DNA of 63,564 nucleotides, filler included, from Coriobacteriales bacterium (lineage in GTDB: Bacteria; Actinomycetota; Coriobacteriia; Coriobacteriales; UBA8131), in assembly GCA_031263105.1 (NCBI GenBank). It is 6 parts of 6 records of this genome, joined end to end, with 100 filler letters (N's around TTAATTAATTAA, not from the genome) between each part and the next. Parts side by side here need not be neighbours in the genome. Positions count along the whole stretch, not along the records: positions 58,378 to 63,564 come from JAISGJ010000081.1; 5 more parts are not named here. One strand, written 5' to 3'. The notes below the pieces were generated by a model. It did not search any database and was not told the origin of the DNA. It worked only from the letters and a program-made list of their open reading frames with translations. Positions 60,188 through 63,564 of the stretch are shown here, piece after piece (the first letter of the stretch is position 1; every line of letters begins with the position of its first letter). A program made the translations under genes and the position numbers.

Positions 60188-60451
60188 CTAACCACGGCCT
60201 CTGCGGTCGATCCGTCCGCTGACAGCGGGAACCGCATAGGGAACCAATGCCATTTCGCGGGCACGTTTGATGGCAACCGCAAGCTCGTGCTGGTGCTGGG
60301 TGCAGGTACCGGTAACGCGACGCGGCTTGATCTTTCCCCGGTCGGTCATGTACTTGCGCATCAACATGGCATCCTTGTAGTCGATATAGTCCATCTTTTC
60401 CTTGCAGAACTGACAATATTTCTTGCGAGGTTGGCGTACGTATTCAGCCAC
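60188..60451 (-). CDS. rpsR: 30S ribosomal protein S18
   Basis: IDYKD, RGKIKPRRVTG, AIKRAR. Confidence 0.97.
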   Translation of the reverse strand: MAEYVRQPRKKYCQFCKEKMDYIDYKDAMLMRKYMTDRGKIKPRRVTGTCTQHQHELAVAIKRAREMALVPYAVPAVSGRIDRRGRG

Positions 60452-60542
60452 AACTCTCTCCTTTATCTTCTAAAAGCCCCACAGGCTGTCCAAGAAGGGC
60501 CGACCCCCGCTGCCTGCGCCACGGGCATCGGTCGTCGTCTCC

Positions 60543-60959
60543 CTAGAACGGGATGTCCTCGTCGTAGACCGTGACCTCCGGGGCCGGCGGAATCTCGGCG
60601 CTCTTTTGGGGGCGCGGCGCGGCAGAGCTGTCGCGTGACGAAAGGAACTCGATCTCGTCTATGATGACCTCGACCTTCGAGCGCTTCTGCCCGTCCCGCT
60701 CCCATTGGCTCCAGCGCAGCTTGCCTTCGATAGCTACCTTGGAGCCTTTCGAGAGATAGTGCGAGACGCTTTCCGCGCGGGTGCCGAACATCGTGCAGTC
60801 GATGAAGTTGGGATAGTCCTCCCACTCGCCGGTGCTTTGGTTCTTGCGGCGGTCGTTCACCGCTACGCCCAGCCCAAGAATGGGCATGCCGGTGGAGGTT
60901 GCGCGCAGTTCGGGGTCGCGGGTCAGGTTTCCGCTGATAACGACTCTGTTGATACTCAT
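60543..60959 (-). CDS. ssb: Single-stranded DNA-binding protein
   Basis: GNLTRDPELR, C-terminal DIPF. Confidence 0.97.
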   Translation of the reverse strand: MSINRVVISGNLTRDPELRATSTGMPILGLGVAVNDRRKNQSTGEWEDYPNFIDCTMFGTRAESVSHYLSKGSKVAIEGKLRWSQWERDGQKRSKVEVIIDEIEFLSSRDSSAAPRPQKSAEIPPAPEVTVYDEDIPF

Positions 60960-61024
60960 GTCCATCACCTTCTACTACTCGTTTGTGCCGGTTGGCCTTA
61001 CTGGCCTGTCATGTGTCGTCGGTG

Positions 61025-61336
61025 TCATGCAGCGTTGCTTTTTTTGTCGCGGTCTGCGCGACTGACGATCATGAAGCGCTTTACGGCATCGGTAATGCGT
61101 AGCACGCGGTCGAGCTCGGCGATGCTTGAGGGGTCCGCATGGAAGTCGACCAGGATATAGTCGCCGTCGGTCAGCCGGTCCACCTCGAAGGCAAGCTTCT
61201 TCTTGCCCCATTCCTCGACAGTGTCGACCAGGCCGTTTTGGGAGACGATGGTCGTCTCGACCTTTTTGAGTGCGGCCGTGCGCTCGTCTTCGGCCAATGT
61301 GGGACTAACGAAGTACAACAGTTCATAAGCCTTCAT
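61025..61336 (-). CDS. rpsF: 30S ribosomal protein S6
   Basis: MKAYE, WGKKKLAF, ELDRVLRI. Confidence 0.96.
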   Translation of the reverse strand: MKAYELLYFVSPTLAEDERTAALKKVETTIVSQNGLVDTVEEWGKKKLAFEVDRLTDGDYILVDFHADPSSIAELDRVLRITDAVKRFMIVSRADRDKKSNAA

Positions 61337-61400
61337 CTTTCACCTCCTCTGGACTCTACGGCTCAGGCGCTGAAGGCGATACCCGAGCAGGAAAAGTGCC
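61337..61400 (-). promoter_or_regulatory. S6:S18 ribosomal protein leader
   Basis: TCCT-GCTC..GAGC-CGTAG..GAGGAGG hairpin with CCG bulge that pairs with the rpsF RBS. Confidence 0.65.
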
Positions 61401-61475
61401 TGCGTAGTGTACCACTCGTTGCCGAAAGCTGCAAACGTGCGACTCGGGACGTCCCTGCCGGCCGTCCCTGCCGAG

Positions 61476-61651
61476 CTACAGTTCACGCCCCCACTGTCAT
61501 TCCGAGCCCCGCCGAGGAATCCTTGGACACGCAGTGTCCAACGGCAGGCCAGGGGGCCCTTCGACCTGCGGTCGACCGCTTGCGCGGTCGAGGATCCCTC
61601 GGCAGGCTCGGGATGACAGTGGGGGCGTCCGTGGAGGGTGTGAACGGTAAC
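61476..61651. repeat. Palindromic GTCATTCCGAGC-family repeat
   Basis: Termini and core as other copies. Confidence 0.9.
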
Positions 61652-61876
61652 CCTGCCGATGCCGTGGCACCTACGATAGCAGACGAGCCTTGCAAAACAA
61701 TGGCTCGAATGTGCCGCAGGGCTGCCACGAATCTGACCCATTCCTGCCACGGGGCTGAACCTGTCGGCACTACATGCTATGAATACATGCTATGCTTTCC
61801 TCATCCCAAGGAAGCACCGGCGCAGTCGGTTCCTCCCCAGGAGACGGGAACGTGCCGTGATTCGGAAGGGCCCCTT

Positions 61877-63226
61877 ATGTCAGACGAGATAACCAACGTG
61901 TTGCCCCAGAACATCGAGGCAGAGCGTGCCGTCCTTGCTGCGATGATACTCGACATCGACGAGAGGGTCGTGGACGAGGTGCTTGCCCGCCTTGTGCCCG
62001 AGGCGTTCTACCGCCCCGCGCACCAGAAGCTGTTCTCTGCGATGGTCGAGCTCTCCCAGGGCCGCACCCCCATCGACCAGATTTCGCTGGCGGCGCGTCT
62101 GGAGGCGCGTGGGGAGCTCCAGGCGGTCGGTGGCAAGGCCTATATCATCGAGGTCGCGAACAACGACTACGCGTTGTACAACTGGGAGCATCACGTCGAG
62201 ATCGTCAAGCGCGAGGCGCTCCTCAGGGACCTCATACGGGCAGCGCGCGACATACAGGCGCTCGGCTACAGCAACACGGACGACGCAGGGGAGGCGGTCG
62301 AGGAGGCCGAGAAGCTGCTGTTCAATATAACCAACAAGAGGATCGACTCGACCTTCCGCCCCATCGAGGACCTGCTGGGCGAGTCGATGACGATGCTTCA
62401 GACGATGGCGGAGAACGAGTCGCACCTGCTGGGCGTTCCCACGGGATTCGCCGACCTCGACCGCCTGCTCGCCGGCCTGCGCGGCGGCGACCTCGTCATC
62501 CTCGCAGCGCGCCCGAGCGTCGGCAAGACCTCGCTGGCCCTCAACATCGCCCTCAACGCGGCGAAGGAGGGCACGACCGTCGCGTTCTTCTCCTTGGAGA
62601 TGCCCGCCGTCCAGCTCACCCAGAGGGTCCTGAGTTCGGAGGCCTCGGTGAATGCCTCGAACATGCGCTCGGGCAACCTGTCCCCGGCGGACTGGAAAGA
62701 CATCATCGACGTGTGCAACGACCTGAGCGGCTACAAGTTCTACATCGACGACACCGCCGACCTCACGCTCATCGAGTTGCGCGCCAAGGCGCGACGGCAG
62801 CTCAACGGCGTGAAAAGCGGCATCATCGTCATCGACTACCTGCAGCTCATGCAGGACAAGGGGAGGGGCCAGCAGGACCGTTGGGTCACGGTGGGCGAGA
62901 TATCGCGCGGCCTCAAGGTGCTTGCAAAGGAGCTCAAGGTGCCCATCCTCGCGCTCAGCCAGCTCTCCCGTGCCGTCGAGAGCCGCAGGGACAAGCGCCC
63001 CATGCTCTCCGACCTCAGGGAGTCGGGCAACATCGAGCAGGACGCCGACGTGGTCCTCTTCGTCGACCGCTCCACCTCCGACGACGAGGCGAACAGCCCC
63101 GACCGCCCGGATCCCGGCATGGCAAAGCTCATCGTCGGGAAGAACCGCAACGGGGCCACCAAGGACATAGACCTGTATTTCGACGCCTCCTACACCCGCT
63201 TCCGCAGCTTCTACCGCGAGCGCTGA
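61877..63226 (+). CDS. dnaB: Replicative DNA helicase
   Basis: PQNIEAE, AARPSVGKT, FSLEM, IDYLQL, LSQLSR, SDLRESGNIEQDAD; no intein. Confidence 0.97.
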   Translation: MSDEITNVLPQNIEAERAVLAAMILDIDERVVDEVLARLVPEAFYRPAHQKLFSAMVELSQGRTPIDQISLAARLEARGELQAVGGKAYIIEVANNDYALYNWEHHVEIVKREALLRDLIRAARDIQALGYSNTDDAGEAVEEAEKLLFNITNKRIDSTFRPIEDLLGESMTMLQTMAENESHLLGVPTGFADLDRLLAGLRGGDLVILAARPSVGKTSLALNIALNAAKEGTTVAFFSLEMPAVQLTQRVLSSEASVNASNMRSGNLSPADWKDIIDVCNDLSGYKFYIDDTADLTLIELRAKARRQLNGVKSGIIVIDYLQLMQDKGRGQQDRWVTVGEISRGLKVLAKELKVPILALSQLSRAVESRRDKRPMLSDLRESGNIEQDADVVLFVDRSTSDDEANSPDRPDPGMAKLIVGKNRNGATKDIDLYFDASYTRFRSFYRER

Positions 63227-63239
63227 CAGAAGAGCCTGG

Positions 63240-63439
63240 GTTACTGTGTTCACACCACTGTCATCCCGAGCCCCCACTGTCATCCCGAGCCCCCACTGTC
63301 ATCCCGAGCCTGCCGAGGGTTCCTTGACCGCGCAAGCGGTCGACCGCAGGTAGAAAGGTTCCCTGACCTGCGGTTGGACACTGCGTGTCCAAAGATTCCT
63401 CGGCTCCGCTCGGAATGACAGTGCTGTGCGAACAGTAAC
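63240..63439. repeat. Palindromic repeat with 3x 18-bp left end
   Basis: CCACTGTCATCCCGAGCC x3. Confidence 0.9.
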
Positions 63440-63564
63440 GAACGTGGGGATACAATCGGCCCGTCGCGAGTCCGTCCCGCCCCGGCGGGACGTCGGGGAC
63501 GCCGTCCCCTACGGGGAAGGGGCACTGCTCGGTGTTTCCGTGGCTGGCGGCCCTCATGGCCGCC

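Noticed and set aside
61139..61876. 246-aa N-terminal extension or intein on DnaB
   Set aside because: The open frame runs through antisense rpsF and a repeat; homology starts at 61877

Overview
High-GC Actinomycetota sequence; gene content (12-TM LuxR regulator, molybdoenzymes, Tad locus) points to Coriobacteriia/Eggerthellaceae-like (inference). It is six contigs joined by N-spacers carrying a TTAATTAATTAA linker (10802-10901, 36779-36878, 49035-49134, 53483-53582, 58278-58377), so adjacency across spacers is meaningless. Contents: five tRNAs; a deoxyinosine-glycosylase/NAD(P)HX-epimerase fusion; an ArsS-like radical SAM plus CMD pair; two trkA; a degenerate M28 protein; purA; a 14-gene Tad/Flp pilus locus; a cytoplasmic catechol-dehydroxylase-like molybdoenzyme cluster with three MFS transporters, Cys-rich miniproteins and a transmembrane LuxR; a Tat-exported xanthine-oxidase-family operon with a non-canonical active site and a MalT-like regulator split at a G16 tract; GntR-ABC; FIST plus hybrid kinase; larBC plus glycosyltransferase; rpsF-ssb-rpsR-rplI; dnaB. 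About 12 copies of a ~160-bp palindromic repeat are present, some tandemly amplified or fused to a gene. The best candidates for new biology are the two molybdoenzyme systems and the repeat families. All family assignments come from motif recognition by eye; no database searches were run.
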